In this document: positions 25,975-38,613 of the stretch, piece by piece
Numbering within the stretch: position 1 is the first letter of the stretch
Layout: each line of letters starts with the position of its first letter
Assembly (NCBI GenBank): GCA_951406725.2
Contig: OX597826.1
Span: 9,734,001 to 9,798,000, forward strand
Reading direction: 5' to 3'
DNA length: 64,000 bases
Source: Octopus vulgaris
Lineage: Eukaryota
The notes under the pieces: generated by a model
Database searches by the model: none
What the model saw: only the letters and a program-made list of their open reading frames with translations
What the model was told of the DNA's origin: nothing
Position numbers and translations under genes: made by a program

Positions 25975-28086
25975 AGACTTCCCTATTAATACACACACAC
26001 ACAGATGGATAGATAGATAGATAGATAGATAGATAGGTAGATAGATAGATAGATAGATAGAGACAGACAGACAGATTTTTATGATTGATTCTATGTGTTC
26101 ATTACTCTTGACTTTCTGCATGTAACATTCAGACAACAAACATTTTGGGTGTGTGTGTGTGTATTCATGTTTTCTGTTCACATTTACACACACACATCTA
26201 CAAACCAGTGTTGTTCACAGGGGCATCTTTTACACCTTGTAACTCACCAGTTCAGCATACAGAGAATGATAAAAATAATTGCCATGCTGAAATATATCTG
26301 GGTGGTCAATATACGATCTACTAAGAATGGTGGGGGGGGGGCTCCCAACACGAGCATACGTCCCAGTAAATGAAACCAATAAAAGGACCATATATAAACC
26401 CTAGATGAATGCATATTGAACTGGTCAAGGCCATCGTGTTTACTGGTGACCTTGGTTGTTTCTTAGTGCTTCAGAAATAGAAATCCTGAAATACTCACTC
26501 GAATGGTGAACCCTCTTCCTTTCCACTGGTTAACTGTTAACATAGCTTTTTATAAACTGTCTTTCCCCCCCCACACCTCAGCTTTGTACTTTCTTAATGT
26601 ACTTCTCTGTTTTATTGTATGATCGCCTCCTCTGTCCTTTCTTCTCTTCTCCTTCTCCTTCCAGCACCACTACCTATATTTACACCAGTAGCTATTAACG
26701 ACTAATGTCCCTTTATTTCCACCCCACCCCGCTACAGACCCTATCTCTCTCTCTCTCCCTCCCTCCCCCCTCCTCTTTCTCTCTCTTTGTCGTTACTATA
26801 GTTACTTTAATAAAGAATTTTAGTATATTTATAGCCCTGCAAATTATTTTGACAAAAACACCTTCATTCATTCACACATTTTTTTTCTTTTCTTTTTCTT
26901 TTTTTTTTTATTCAAGACCATTAAAACTTTCAACAAACAACCAATATATTTAGGTTTCCTAACAACTAAGTTTATAAAAACTAATAATAATAATAATAAT
27001 AAATAAATAAATAAAAATAAATAACACTGCCTTTCCACCACTGCAATCACCACCACCACCACCACCACCACCTCCTCCTCTCCCCTCAATTCTCATTATT
27101 GAAACAGATTATAGAAAGACTCATCATTTGAGATAATGGAAAGAATCATCAATTATGTAGCGTACCAAAATAACTCCTCTGTTACAAATGCACACCTGTT
27201 AATGATTCAAATGAGACCTGTAATTTAAAAAGACAAAACAAAACACAAACAAAAAAAAAGAATAAATGCAAGATTAATGATTCCATATATGTTGGTCTCC
27301 TCTCAGATCTCTTCTGCGATATCATATGCTGCTTTCTCTACTAATTCAGGATAAAGTATTTATTTGGATTAGATCAGGCTTGCCAGATTGGGTTACAAGT
27401 AGAAGATTATGCTACTTTTCAAGAATGCATGCCCACCATTTTTTTTTTTTTTCATAGAATATTTGCATCTTGAAAATTCTATGTTTTAAATGTAAAAATC
27501 CTTTGGATATCATTAACCCTTTCGTTACTATATTTCTGACCAAAATACACCCCTCATGAGTTTCAATTAAATTCTAAAATAATCATGAATTTAGGCTTGT
27601 TTCATTAAATAACTGTAACTTTTACTTATCAACATTTTAATGTGATATTTGGAACATAATTACAATGTCTGGTACAGAATTGGCAGCTAAAACCTTTACC
27701 GGTAATAGCCAGCTGTAGTTGGAACTGGGTTTCATGTACCTTATATACATATATACACACATATCTACACACATACGTACATACATGCATATATACATAT
27801 TGGGTCATCCCATAAATAATACTATCTTGGCTGAAAATGTGTGTTTTATATTCCCTGTCTAACTGAATGAAACATTTGAGTGTGACTGTTTGGATGCTGT
27901 TGATGTGGCACAGCTGAGTGGAACATAGAACCTGTTTTGGCAACAGTACGTTTTGGCACTGGAGGCAACACGTACATGTGTGCACAGAGTATAACACATA
28001 CTGAGAGAGAGGGGTAGCAAGAGAGAGAGAGAGGCAGTGCAATCTATTAATTGAGCATAATTGACATTAACAGTTTCCCTCTCCTC

Positions 28087-28259
28087 ATACACATAGAGAG
28101 TAATCTACTCACTAACAGAGATAAAGAGAAAACGAGAGAATCATCAACCCTTTAGCATTTAAACATGCCATACACATAGAGAGTAATCTACTCACAAACA
28201 GAGATAGAGAAAGAGAAAACAGGAAAATCATCAACCCTTTAGCATTTAAACATGCCATA
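28087..28259 (+). repeat. Local tandem duplication (about 85 bp x2)
   Basis: atacacatagagagtaatctactcac...catcaaccctttagcatttaaacatgccata occurs twice in succession. Confidence 0.85.
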
Positions 28260-28878
28260 TCTGGCCCAAATATTCTGGTTTATGATCAAACTGGCCAGAT
28301 CCAGCCCCTCACACCAACCCTACAATGTCACTCCAAAAATATGCAATCATCAAAATTTTGATATTGCTCTTTTACTCCTTTACTTGTTTCAGTCATTTGA
28401 CTGCGGCCATGCTAGAGCACCGCCTTTAGTCGAGCAAATCGACCCCAGGACTTATTCTTTGTAAGCCTAGTACTTATTCTATTGGTCGCTTTTACCAAAC
28501 CACTAAGTTACGGGGATGCTAACACACCAGCATCAGTTGTCAAGCGATGTTGGGGGACAAACAGAGACACACAAACACACACACACATATATATACATAT
28601 ATATGACGGGCTTCTTTCAGTTTCCATCTACCAAATCCACTCCAGGCTTTGGTCGGCCCGAGGCTATAGTAGAAGACACTTACCCAAGGTACCACGCAGT
28701 GGGACTGAACCCGGAACCATGTGGTTGGTAAGCAAGCTACTTACCACACAGCCACTCCTGCGCCTATTAATGCATGATTAATTAAAAACAATGTGAATAA
28801 ATAAGCATGACATTTGACAGGGTAATCTGAATGCTAAAGAGTTAATAAATGGTTCCAACAACTCACGGTCAACTGGGT

Positions 28879-28925
28879 CTCCTTGGTCCGTGTTTCAAGA
28901 TGGGTCAGGTAGGTTGCCAATGCTC
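28879..28925 (-). pseudogene. 28S rRNA fragment
   Basis: The minus strand reads acctgacccatcttgaaacacggaccaaggag, versus the conserved LSU motif ACCCGACCCGTCTTGAAACACGGACCAAGGAG. The two differences are CpG-type. Confidence 0.75.
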
Positions 28926-31066
28926 GTGACTGACTGCTCTGTGCATGCTAAGGGCAAGGTAAGTTAGACTTTTTCGCCCAGCTAAATATCTACAATGTCT
29001 GGTACAGAATTGGCAGTCAAGAGAAGCGTGGGGATCCCACCACCAACTGGCCAAAGCCAGCAGTGGTGGGACGCTGCCATATGACCTATGGACACCGCGT
29101 GCCTAAAACATCTAATCTATAAATAACATGGAGTCAAATCAATAACACCAAACAGCACTAATACAACTGTGCCAGAACATTTCATATCCACTAACAAATA
29201 CTTAATATTCCTAAGACATAGCACAAAACCCCTATTTTTCTTTTGGATTTAAAATTATATCATAAGCAGCCATCTAGTTCACCTGTCCTCAGTCAAATCA
29301 TCCAACCCATGCTTGCATGGAAAGCGGATATTAAATGTTGATGATGATGATGATGAAGCACCAACCTGAGGACAGAAAAAATAAACAAAAAAATAATGGA
29401 ATTGGCCAAACAACAGAATTCTGACTATATTACCTATTGCTTGCTGAATACAGACTACCTGCTTGTTTCATCTTCTCAAATTTGATACTATAATTTGTTC
29501 CTGTTATTTTTAAATGTACTATTTTATGACCCCTGGAAAAATTGGCTATTTTGCTAGTCTGAAGGAAAAAAACTATGCAATTAAAATTGCAGTAACAGTT
29601 ATTGTATCTACGTAGAGAAGAAGAATGGCAGTAGCTCCACTCCTATAAGTAAACCTATGGTGTTTGTAACTGGCAATGTTCTTGTGCCTTTTGTTGTTGC
29701 TGTCTCAGTGGCCTTGTAAGGAAAGGTGCTGTCAGGCAGCCATGTACATAGGGGTTGGAGGTTCTAATCATTAGAATGCCAGGCAAAATGCTTGGCAGCA
29801 TTTCGTCCATCTTTACATTCATCATCATCATCATCATCGTTTAACATCCGTTTTCCATGCTAGCATGGGTTGGACGTTTCGACCGGGGTCTGGGAAGCCA
29901 GGAGGCTGCACCAGGCTCCAGTCTGATCTGGCAGTGTTTTTACAGCTGGATGCCCTTCCTAACGCCAACCACTCCGTGAGTGTAGTGGGTGCTTTTTACG
30001 TGCCACCAGCACAGGGGCCATAGAAGGCTGGCAACGGCCACGATCGGTTGGTGGTTTTTACGTGCCACCGGCATAGAAGCCAGTCAAGGCAGCGCTGGCA
30101 TCGGCCACGTAATTCTGTTGAGGTCAACTTTGCTTTTCATCCTTTCAGGGTCAATAAAATAAGTACTAGTTAACACTGTACCAAGACATTTCATACCCCC
30201 AATTGAACACTAGGGTTCATGTAATTGACTTATCCTCTCCTTTGAAATTACTAATCTTTCATTCTTATTCTTTTTATACTCTTTTACTTGTTTCAGTCAT
30301 TTGACTGCGGCCATGCTGGAGCACCGCCTTTAGTCGAGCAAATCGACCCCAGGACTTATTCTTTGTAAGCCTAGTACTTATTCTATCGGGCCCTTTAGCC
30401 GAACTGCTAAGTTACAGGGATGTAAACACACCAGCATCGGTTGTCAAGCAATGTTGGGGCGGGGGAGAACAAAGACAGACACAAACATATACACACACAT
30501 ACATACATGTATACATATATACGACCGGCTTCTTTCAGTTTTCGTCTACTAAGGCTTTGGTCGGCCCAAGGCTATAGTAGAAGACACTTGCCCAAGGTGC
30601 CACGCTGTGGGACTGAACCCAGAACCATGTGGTTGGTAAGTAAGCTACTTACCACACAGCCACTCCTATGCCGATGTAACTATATCAGATGAAATCAGGA
30701 CAAAGCGAGAGATTATGGAATAGCAGTAACTTAATGGTATTTGATGGTATATCTTTTACTTGTTTCAGTTATTGCACTGTGGCCTTGCTGGAGCACTGCC
30801 CTGAAGGCTTTTAGTCAAACAAATCACCTCCAGTACTTATGTGTTTTAAAGTCTGGTACTTATTCTATTGGTCTCTTTTATTAAAATGTTAACTTATGGG
30901 ATGTAAACAAGCACCAGTTGTCACATGACATTGAATGGCAAGCATAGAACTAAAGACACCCATACTGAGACATAGACATATGTGTGTGTGTGTGTGCATG
31001 TGTATATATTTGTGTGTGTGTGTGTGTGTGTGTGTCCCCCTATTTAAGCATTGAATAAACCCTAAA

Positions 31067-31303
31067 TTACCAGTGGTAGGGTTTATATTTACCTACTTTG
31101 AGATCTAGGTTAATATCTAAGAAGTTGATGGAGTTGTACTCTTTTTCAATTGCAATAGATAGTCCTACATTCCTAAAGAATTTAAGGAATCTTTTCTTAT
31201 AAATATCCATTTGTCTATTAGAGGGACCATCCTGGGTGAAAAGTCCATCATCCCTGTATAGAGCACCCTCTAGTTCTGGAAATTCTTTACTTAAGGTAAA
31301 CAG
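31067..31303 (-). mobile_element. Penelope-like element reverse transcriptase fragment
   Basis: Open frame LSKEFPELEGALYRDDGLFTQDGPSNRQMDIYKKRFLKFFRNVGLSIAIEKEYNSINFLDINLDLKVGKYKPYHW, with the LYRDDGL and NFLDxxLDL...YKPY motifs of PLE RTs. Confidence 0.85.
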
Positions 31304-31629
31304 TATATATATCTATATGTATGGAGGTGCAATGGCCCAGTGGTTAGGGCAGCGGACTTGCGGTCGTAGGATCGCAGTTTCGATTCCCAGACTTGGCGTT
31401 GAGTGTTTATTGAGCAAAAACACCTGAAGCTCCATGAGGCTCTGGCAGGGGGGTGAGTGGCGATCTCTGCTGTACTCTTTCGCCACAACTTTCTCTCACT
31501 TTTTCTTCTGTTGGCCTGCTCGCTTAGCCAGTGGGGTGGCATCATTTGAAGGCTAAAACAATGCGAAGCGCATAGTGACCAGCTATGTGTTTCAACATCT
31601 GATAGCCTGGTCGGTCACGGTGATCACGA

Positions 31630-31666
<37 letters not shown>

Positions 31667-32205
31667 CAGCAAATCTGTAACTTGTGCTGAGTCTGTAATG
31701 TCAAAACTATTGTTTGTATTCTTCTATACCCAGTATTTCTTATCAAATTGTATGATTGATTTCCTAGCTGCTAGTATCCTATTTATTTCGTCATTACTTG
31801 GTTCTGAGCTATTTTTAGAATGATACCACCATGCAGTTGAACAAACAAATTAATTTTTTTTTTTTTTTTTTTTTGGTTGGAATTATTTCCCATTTCAAAG
31901 AAATCAAATTAATGGTCAAAATACCCTGATGGATTGTAGTATTGTAATGCACTAGAAGATGTGGAAGATGCACCTTGATAGCAGCAGAAACATTACATAG
32001 GTGAAAAAAAAACATAAAGGACTGCATAATAAAAACTTGGATATTCTCTATTCTCTGTTTTCCTTCAACTGATTCATTATATACATATATATATATATAT
32101 ATCATTTGCAAAAAATATAAATCCTGAGAAGTACACTCTAAGATGTGGAGCAGTATTATATTTCAACGGGGAAGGCCGGATTTTTGAAGAGATCTTAGGC
32201 CAACA

Positions 32206-32279
32206 GGTTTTGGGGTCTGATGATATACCATAAAGTTAAGCCCTTTATGGATGGGAGACCCAGGGTAATCCTAGAAACC
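32206..32279 (+). ncRNA. Hammerhead ribozyme-like fold (type I), copy 2, core mutated
   Basis: Stem I ggttttggggt/atcctagaaacc; CTGATGA; stem II ccataaag/ctttatgg; GAGA; accc-a-gggt; GTA triplet. Confidence 0.6.
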
Positions 32280-32291
32280 AGCCTTCCCCAA

Positions 32292-32330
<39 letters not shown>

Positions 32331-32949
32331 GGCTTCCACAGAGTTTCCATCTATTATATTCACACACGAAGCATTGGTTAGCAGGGATCCTATAGTTAAA
32401 ACCATTTGCCCACAGTGCTGCACAGTGAGACGGAACCTGAATCCACATGATTGCAAATCAAGCTTCTTAACCACACGGCCATGCCAAGGAAGTGAAAAAA
32501 CAAAACCAGAGAATTTGAAGAATCCTCATGACAAAGAAATTCATTCAACCCTTCCAACATCTCAGGAATAGTCATGTTATCATTAACTTAGTTAATGCAG
32601 TGAGCGTTAAATAGCTAATTAGCAATAATTAGGCAGTGAGAGAAAAAAAGACAATACTCGTCAATGACTAATATTATCTTAATTACTGTAATGAGTGGAA
32701 ATAACTCTGGACATGTTTTGGCCTTATCTTTTATCTGTTTCAGTCATCAGTCCGCGGCCATGCTGGGGCATCCACCGCCTTGAAGAACCTTTAATCAAAT
32801 ATATCAACTCCTGTATTTTTTTAAACCTGGTACTTTATTCTATTGGCTTCTTTTGCTGAAATTCTAAGTTCCGGGGATATAAACAAAGCAACACTGGTTG
32901 TCAAGTGGTGTCAGGGGACAGAGACACAAAGAGACACATAAATATACAT

Positions 32950-33037
<88 letters not shown>

Positions 33038-33232
33038 GCAAAAATTTTTGTAATTATGAGTATAATTATAATTAGGGTTCAGCAAAAATTTTGCTTCACC
33101 ACATACCGAAATTTAGAAATAGCAGTTAAAACTAGTTTTTTCTTTACCATAAGAAACTGTCCCAGACAACAATACTCGACTACCCAAGCAGGCAAAGAGA
33201 AAAAAATAACGAATCCACCTGGCTTTGATTAA

Positions 33233-33315
33233 CAGTAGCTGCGTTTCGGAGTTAGATAGGTGTGAATAATGTAAAAACTACATTTCCACTCTATCATTCT
33301 CACTCTTCAGTACAG
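33233..33315 (-). ncRNA. Hammerhead ribozyme-like fold with extended stem II
   Basis: The minus strand reads ctgta-CTGAAGA-g...gag/ctc, gatag/ctatc, gtgga/ttcac, aatgta/tacatt...c-GAAAC-gcagc-tactg. The cleavage triplet is altered. Confidence 0.55.
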
Positions 33316-33350
33316 TAATTCAAGATTTAATTAATTAATTAATTTTACCC

Positions 33351-33419
<69 letters not shown>

Positions 33420-33421
<2 letters not shown>

Positions 33422-33828
33422 TGCAGGAGTGGCTGTGTGGTAAGTAGCTTGCTAACCAACCACATGGTTCCGGGCTCAGTCCCACTGCGTGGCATCTTGG
33501 GCAAGTGTCTTCTGCTATAGCCCCAGGCCGACCAATGCCTTGTGAGCGGATTTGGTAGACGGAAACTGAAAGAAGCACGTCGTATATATGTATATATATG
33601 TATGTGTGTGTGTGTGTGTATATGTTTGTGTGTGAGTGTTTGTCCCCTTAGCATTGCTTGACAACTGATGCTGGTGTGTTTACGTCCCCGTCACTTAGCG
33701 GTTCGGCAAAAGAGACCGATAGAATAAGTACTGGGCTTACAAAGAATAAGTCCCGGATTCGATTTGCTTGACTAAAGGCGGTGCTCCAGCATGGCCACAG
33801 TCAAATGACTGAAACAAGTAAAAGAGTA
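33420..33828 (+). mobile_element. Dominant tRNA-derived SINE (about 400 bp, internal TA/TG microsatellite); representative copy
   Basis: Head gtggctgtgtggtaag...ggttccgggctcagtcccactg (A/B-box-like) and tail ccagcatggccacagtcaaatgactgaaacaagtaaaagag. More than a dozen further copies are visible, e.g. about 720-1480, 1545-1900, 8815-9180(-), 16190-16610(-), 20270-20660, 28370-28765(-), 30278-30670(-), 35365-35710, 45975-46370, 49085-49745(-) and 53975-54345(-). Confidence 0.9.
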
Positions 33829-34398
33829 TATAAATATATATATATATATACACACACATTCACGCTCCCACACACACGGTGGAGCTTCTTTCAGTCTCCA
33901 TCTACCAGATCCACTCCCAAGGCTTTGGTAAACCTGAGGCTATAATAAGTTCTTACCCAAGTTGCCACACAGTGGGACTGAACCTGAAACTATGTGGTTG
34001 GGAAGCAAGCTTCTTACCACACAACCACACCTGTACCTATTAAACCTATTCATTTCTGGAAATTCCAGAAACCCAGGAATGATGTACACTACTATGCAAT
34101 ATGCTGTACCCTGTATTAAGTGTACAGACCTGGTTTTTAATGTTGGTTAATTTGCTTTGGTGTGTTAAAAATAGTTTTCTTCTTTACGTTTTTTTTTAAA
34201 TAGACTGATTAAGACTAAACATACTCTGCTTTGGAAGCTTGTCAATTTGTTCCTACATCTGTTGAATAAAATCATGTTCTTTATTTTCCTTTGTTTAATT
34301 TTCATTTTATAAACATTATACTGTATACATGGTATGATATATTTTAAGAATTTTAAGTGGATTAATAGATATCAAATAGACCCTGCTTTAGAAATATA

Positions 34399-34751
34399 CT
34401 AGCACTATGACCCGGTGTTGCTGAGTCATAGTGCTAGTGCATGCGCACATACACGCGAGTACTGTCCAAATCTCCGACCAATCACATACAGCTAGCTGGC
34501 ATTCAATTGACGTATCAAGTTTCTGGCATTTTGATTGAGTTTTGGATAGAAAATTCACAAAAAAAGTCACTTCTATTGATTTTTGAATGGCTTTGCGGGA
34601 TGACTGGGGAAATGTAAAGATGTGCACGACCACCCTTGGACAGTTTTAAATGACCATAGAAAGTGCAAGCCCTCTAACTGAAAAATTGTGGATTTGTATA
34701 AAGGATACACACACAGACAGACAGACATTTTGCCGTTTATATATAGAGAGA
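34399..34751 (-). mobile_element. Non-autonomous Helitron (same family as 48579-48947)
   Basis: Near-identical reverse complement of 48579-48947, including the TC and CTAG termini. Confidence 0.75.
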
Positions 34752-36182
34752 TTAATTTGAATCTGTTAAATACAATTTAGTCCTTTACTTTTCATAGTTT
34801 AATTTATATTTTAAATATATATTTAGTCTGCCTCCAGAAACTCCAGACAGTGGCCATGCTGCAGTACCCCCAAGCTTGCTGAAAATTAAATCTATACTGT
34901 ATCAACAGTTTCCGTAAGTGAAGTTTAACTTCACTTCCCCTCCCTTGGTTTCGCTATTTGAGTGTTAATAAGAGGTTGCGAGTCCGTGTCTTATGAGATG
35001 TATATGTTGTAAACATACTTAACTCTATATACATACCACGAGTGATATAACCCCCTCTCAGTAGGCAACAGTTGTTTTGAGTTCAGATCTTCCAGTAAGG
35101 TACTTGTGTCTAACCTGACTAAACACTTCGCAGGCCTAATTTCAATTTGAAACTAAATATATATGAATGTGAATCCAAATATATTATTCATAACCAACCT
35201 GTACTGGAATTCTAGTTATTAAATTAGATACTACATGGCAAAATGGTAAATTTTGGAACTCTAGTAGTTAAATGTTACATGATACTGTGACAAACTTTGG
35301 CACTCCCATAATTAGATACTAAATGATACAGTGGCAAATTTTGGTACTCTAGTAAGCAGGTAGGTTTGTATGGTTAAGAAACTTGCTTCTCAACCATGTG
35401 GTCTTGAGTTCAGTCCTACTGTGTGGCACCTTGGGCAAGTGTCTTCTACTATAGTCTCAGGCTGATCAAAGACTGCAAGAAGCCCGTCCTATATATATGT
35501 ATGTATGTCCTATGTATGTATGTGTTTGTCCCCTACCTCAACACTTGACAACCAGTATCAGTGTGTTTACATCCCCATAACTTAGCAGTTTAGCAAAAGA
35601 GACTGACAGAACAAGTACCAGGTGTAAGAAATAAGTCCTGGGGTTGATCTGTTCGACTAAAGACCCTACAAGGTGGTACTCCAGCATGGCCACAGTCTGA
35701 AACAAGTAAGAAAAAAAAATGAAAGAATATAAATCTGTGATGGGCTAACAGGCATGATTTGTTTACATACATGCTTTCTTTATTCTGCATACTACGGCCA
35801 TATTCGGCTGTTTTTTTACTTTGCATACATATGCTGTCTTTTTATTTCAATTCAGCAAGGCCATCTTAAGATATGCACACAAACACACACACAGTTTTTA
35901 TCCAACACAGCAAGGCCAGAGAATGCCTCCAGCTATATGCATACATATGCCATCTTTACCCAGCTTAGAGGGGCCATATTAGAATCTGCTTTCTTTCTTT
36001 CTTATTTGTTTTATCTTGATGCTTTGTCAGGAGAGAAGGGCAACATCCTTGACATTTTATAAGGCCTCCAAGACTATCGGGAGGAAGGGAGGAATATATC
36101 TTCAAACCAGGGACACGGCCCAATTGCATGCAACTGGCTTATACGCATACAGTACACATAGTGTCTTGAGAAGGTCTTTAAC

Positions 36183-36214
<32 letters not shown>

Positions 36215-36984
36215 CACACATACTCACACATTGTCTTTATCATATTAGGATGTCATTAACTGTGCATGCTCACATACAAGCACACACTCACTCACACTCA
36301 CATACACATGCTGTCTCTATCCGTTACAGCAGGACCATATTAGAACGTCTCTAGATATGCTCACATAAACCTATTAGGTGATAAATGATGCTGAAAATTG
36401 ATAAAAGGCCAGAAGCATAATCATAATTGTACTTGGAATATGCTTAGAATATGGTATTGATTCCCACATGGCTTTCTTTCATTATTTTCTGTTTCTTTAT
36501 TCCTGCCGGTTTTGCATAAATTCTGAAGCACACACACACACGCTCGCATGCACACACACTCGCATGCACGCATGCATGCACACACTATAAAGTCAGTCCG
36601 TTGAGCTTGACCTTTTGTATCCTTCAACAAGTGATTATGTCCTATTGACTTTAAGACGAGATAGAGTTGTAACATTCATACCTTTTGCCCAATGCGTAAG
36701 CAAAATGAGGAAAAAAAAATATCAGCTTAAACTGAGAATTGACCTATAGTTTTAATTCATTGGGCTACTACCATTTACACCAACACACACACACACACAT
36801 CCTCTGCATAGTCATTAGGCCAGCTACAAATAGCAGTCAAATATCCTTCAAATCACACTCTACTATCTTATCGCATTAACTACCATGTCCTGTTACTGAA
36901 ACTTACTGATGTTGCCTCATATTTCGCAGTCACACTGTATACTGTTTAATTACAAAGAAATATAATTTGTTTGCATTCTTACAA

Positions 36985-37642
36985 TCTATATATATAAAAC
37001 AAAGGGTGTCTGTGTGTGTGTGTGTGTCTGAGTGTGTAATATATATGCATTTCTACAGTTTTCAACTGATTTTCACCAAACTTTACACACACATTACTTA
37101 TGTGTCAAGGATGGTCATGCACTGTAATTTTTTGCCCAAAGCTCCTATGTAAAGTGTGAAATCGAGGGGGGCGGGGTGTTTTACACAGGTTTTTCTCTAA
37201 AAACTGCAATTTTCAACCTATTCTCTCCATTTTCTCATTCTCTGTTTCTCCTGCTTCTCTTTCACCCTCTGTAATAGTTCCTCTCTTTTAGTCTATGCCT
37301 TCTTCCTTTCTCTTTATTTCCTTCCTTCTTTTCTGCTGTCTTTCGTTCTTTCTTTCTCCCTCCCTCTTTCTTTCCTTCTTTCTTTCATTCTTTCTTTTCC
37401 ATCCATCCCTCTTTCTTTCTTTCTCATTCCCTCCTGCCCTCCCTCCTTCTTTCATTCTTTCCCTCTTTCTTTCACCCTCTTTCTTTCGTTCTTTCCTTTC
37501 TTTCTCCCTCTTTCCTTCTTTCCTTATGTTCAACTAAAAGTGGTGCTCCAGCATGGCCACAGTCAAATGACTGAAACAAGTAAAAGAATTTTAAAAAAGC
37601 CATGCCATTTTAATCCTGACCAATGCCAGGCATCTCTGCTAG
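36985..37642 (+). mobile_element. Non-autonomous Helitron carrying a CT-rich tract and a SINE tail
   Basis: A|TCtatatatataaaac start; cctgaccaatgccagg hairpin followed by CTAG|T at 37639-37643. Confidence 0.6.
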
Positions 37643-38483
37643 TACTTCATAATTAAGCTTTGATATTTAGCACTCATGTCATTTAAATATCCTCTAAACT
37701 ACGTCAAAGATACAGACTAGAATGTTTTCCCAAATTATCAAAATGTGCCACCAATGGTGCATGTGGAAGTTGTGTGAAGTTTACGATGAACCACAGGTGG
37801 GACATGTTGTGGTTAATGTGTTAAAAAAAAAAAGATATTTTGAATACTGTAGTCCTAGATACAGTGCCATCTTAAGGCATGGGCACTTTGGGCAGTTACC
37901 CTGGCACCCTGTTCTGATCTATGTATGTTATGTCAATAAGTAAATACATCAAGACCCAGTGCATTGATTTGCCCTGGAGCCTATAATGTTACTAAGACAG
38001 CTGTGCCTAGATGCTCTACTCCTGAAAACAACTAGACAAGATGGGGTGTTAAGACTGGAACACTTTTTGATCATAGGTTTGCTCAGTTAAGGTTGACCAA
38101 GGGCTAAGCAACAACAGCAAAATCATAATTTCAATCTAGTTTTCATAGTCGTTTTGTCAGTTGTTATTATTTTGAGAGGGAGAAGGCAGCGAGCTTGCAG
38201 AACCATTTGTACATTGGGTAAAATGCTTAGTGGTATTTCTTCCAATTGATCATGTTCTGAGTTCAAATCCTGCCAAAGTCAACTTTGCCTTTCATCCTTT
38301 CTGGGTCAATAAAATAAGTGCCTGTTGAGCACTGTGGTTGATGTACTTGACTACCCTTTCCCCCTAAAATATTGCTAGCCTTGTGCCAAAATTTGAAACC
38401 ATTATTTTGAGAGGGAAAGGTTAGTCTTAGTTTGTTGGGTTATTTTTGTTCAATATGTAATATTTTCTGTTATTGAATTTCAG

Positions 38484-38613
38484 ATAAGGTTCAAAGTGTG
38501 AGAGACATTGACTGTCGAGTTTACAATTGGGAGAAAATGACCTGTACTTGGGACCTTGGAACCAGATATTTGCACATGGACAGCATGAATGTCACATTAG
38601 GCTGGACAATAAG
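38484..38613 (+). CDS. Class I cytokine receptor, first exon of the cytokine-binding module (C-x9-CxW)
   Basis: tttcag acceptor and ag|gtaaat donor; 130 nt, phase 1-2. It joins the previous exon as T+AT=Tyr: YKVQSVRDIDCRVYNWEKMTCTWDLGTRYLHMDSMNVTLGWTI. C-x9-C-x-W is the signature of class I cytokine receptors. This frame is absent from the ORF track. Confidence 0.9.

Noticed and set aside
31323-31400. tRNA gene
   Set aside because: The A/B boxes continue into a SINE body and tail present in several copies, so this is a SINE head.
34827-34913. Exon-like segment tag|...LPPETPDSGHAAVPPSLLKIKSILYQQF|gtaagt resembling an Ig-FN3 linker
   Set aside because: The open frame is phase 2-2, incompatible with the phase-1 intron it lies in. 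The flanking exons already join cleanly, and it contains a SINE-like ggccatgctgcagtacc piece.
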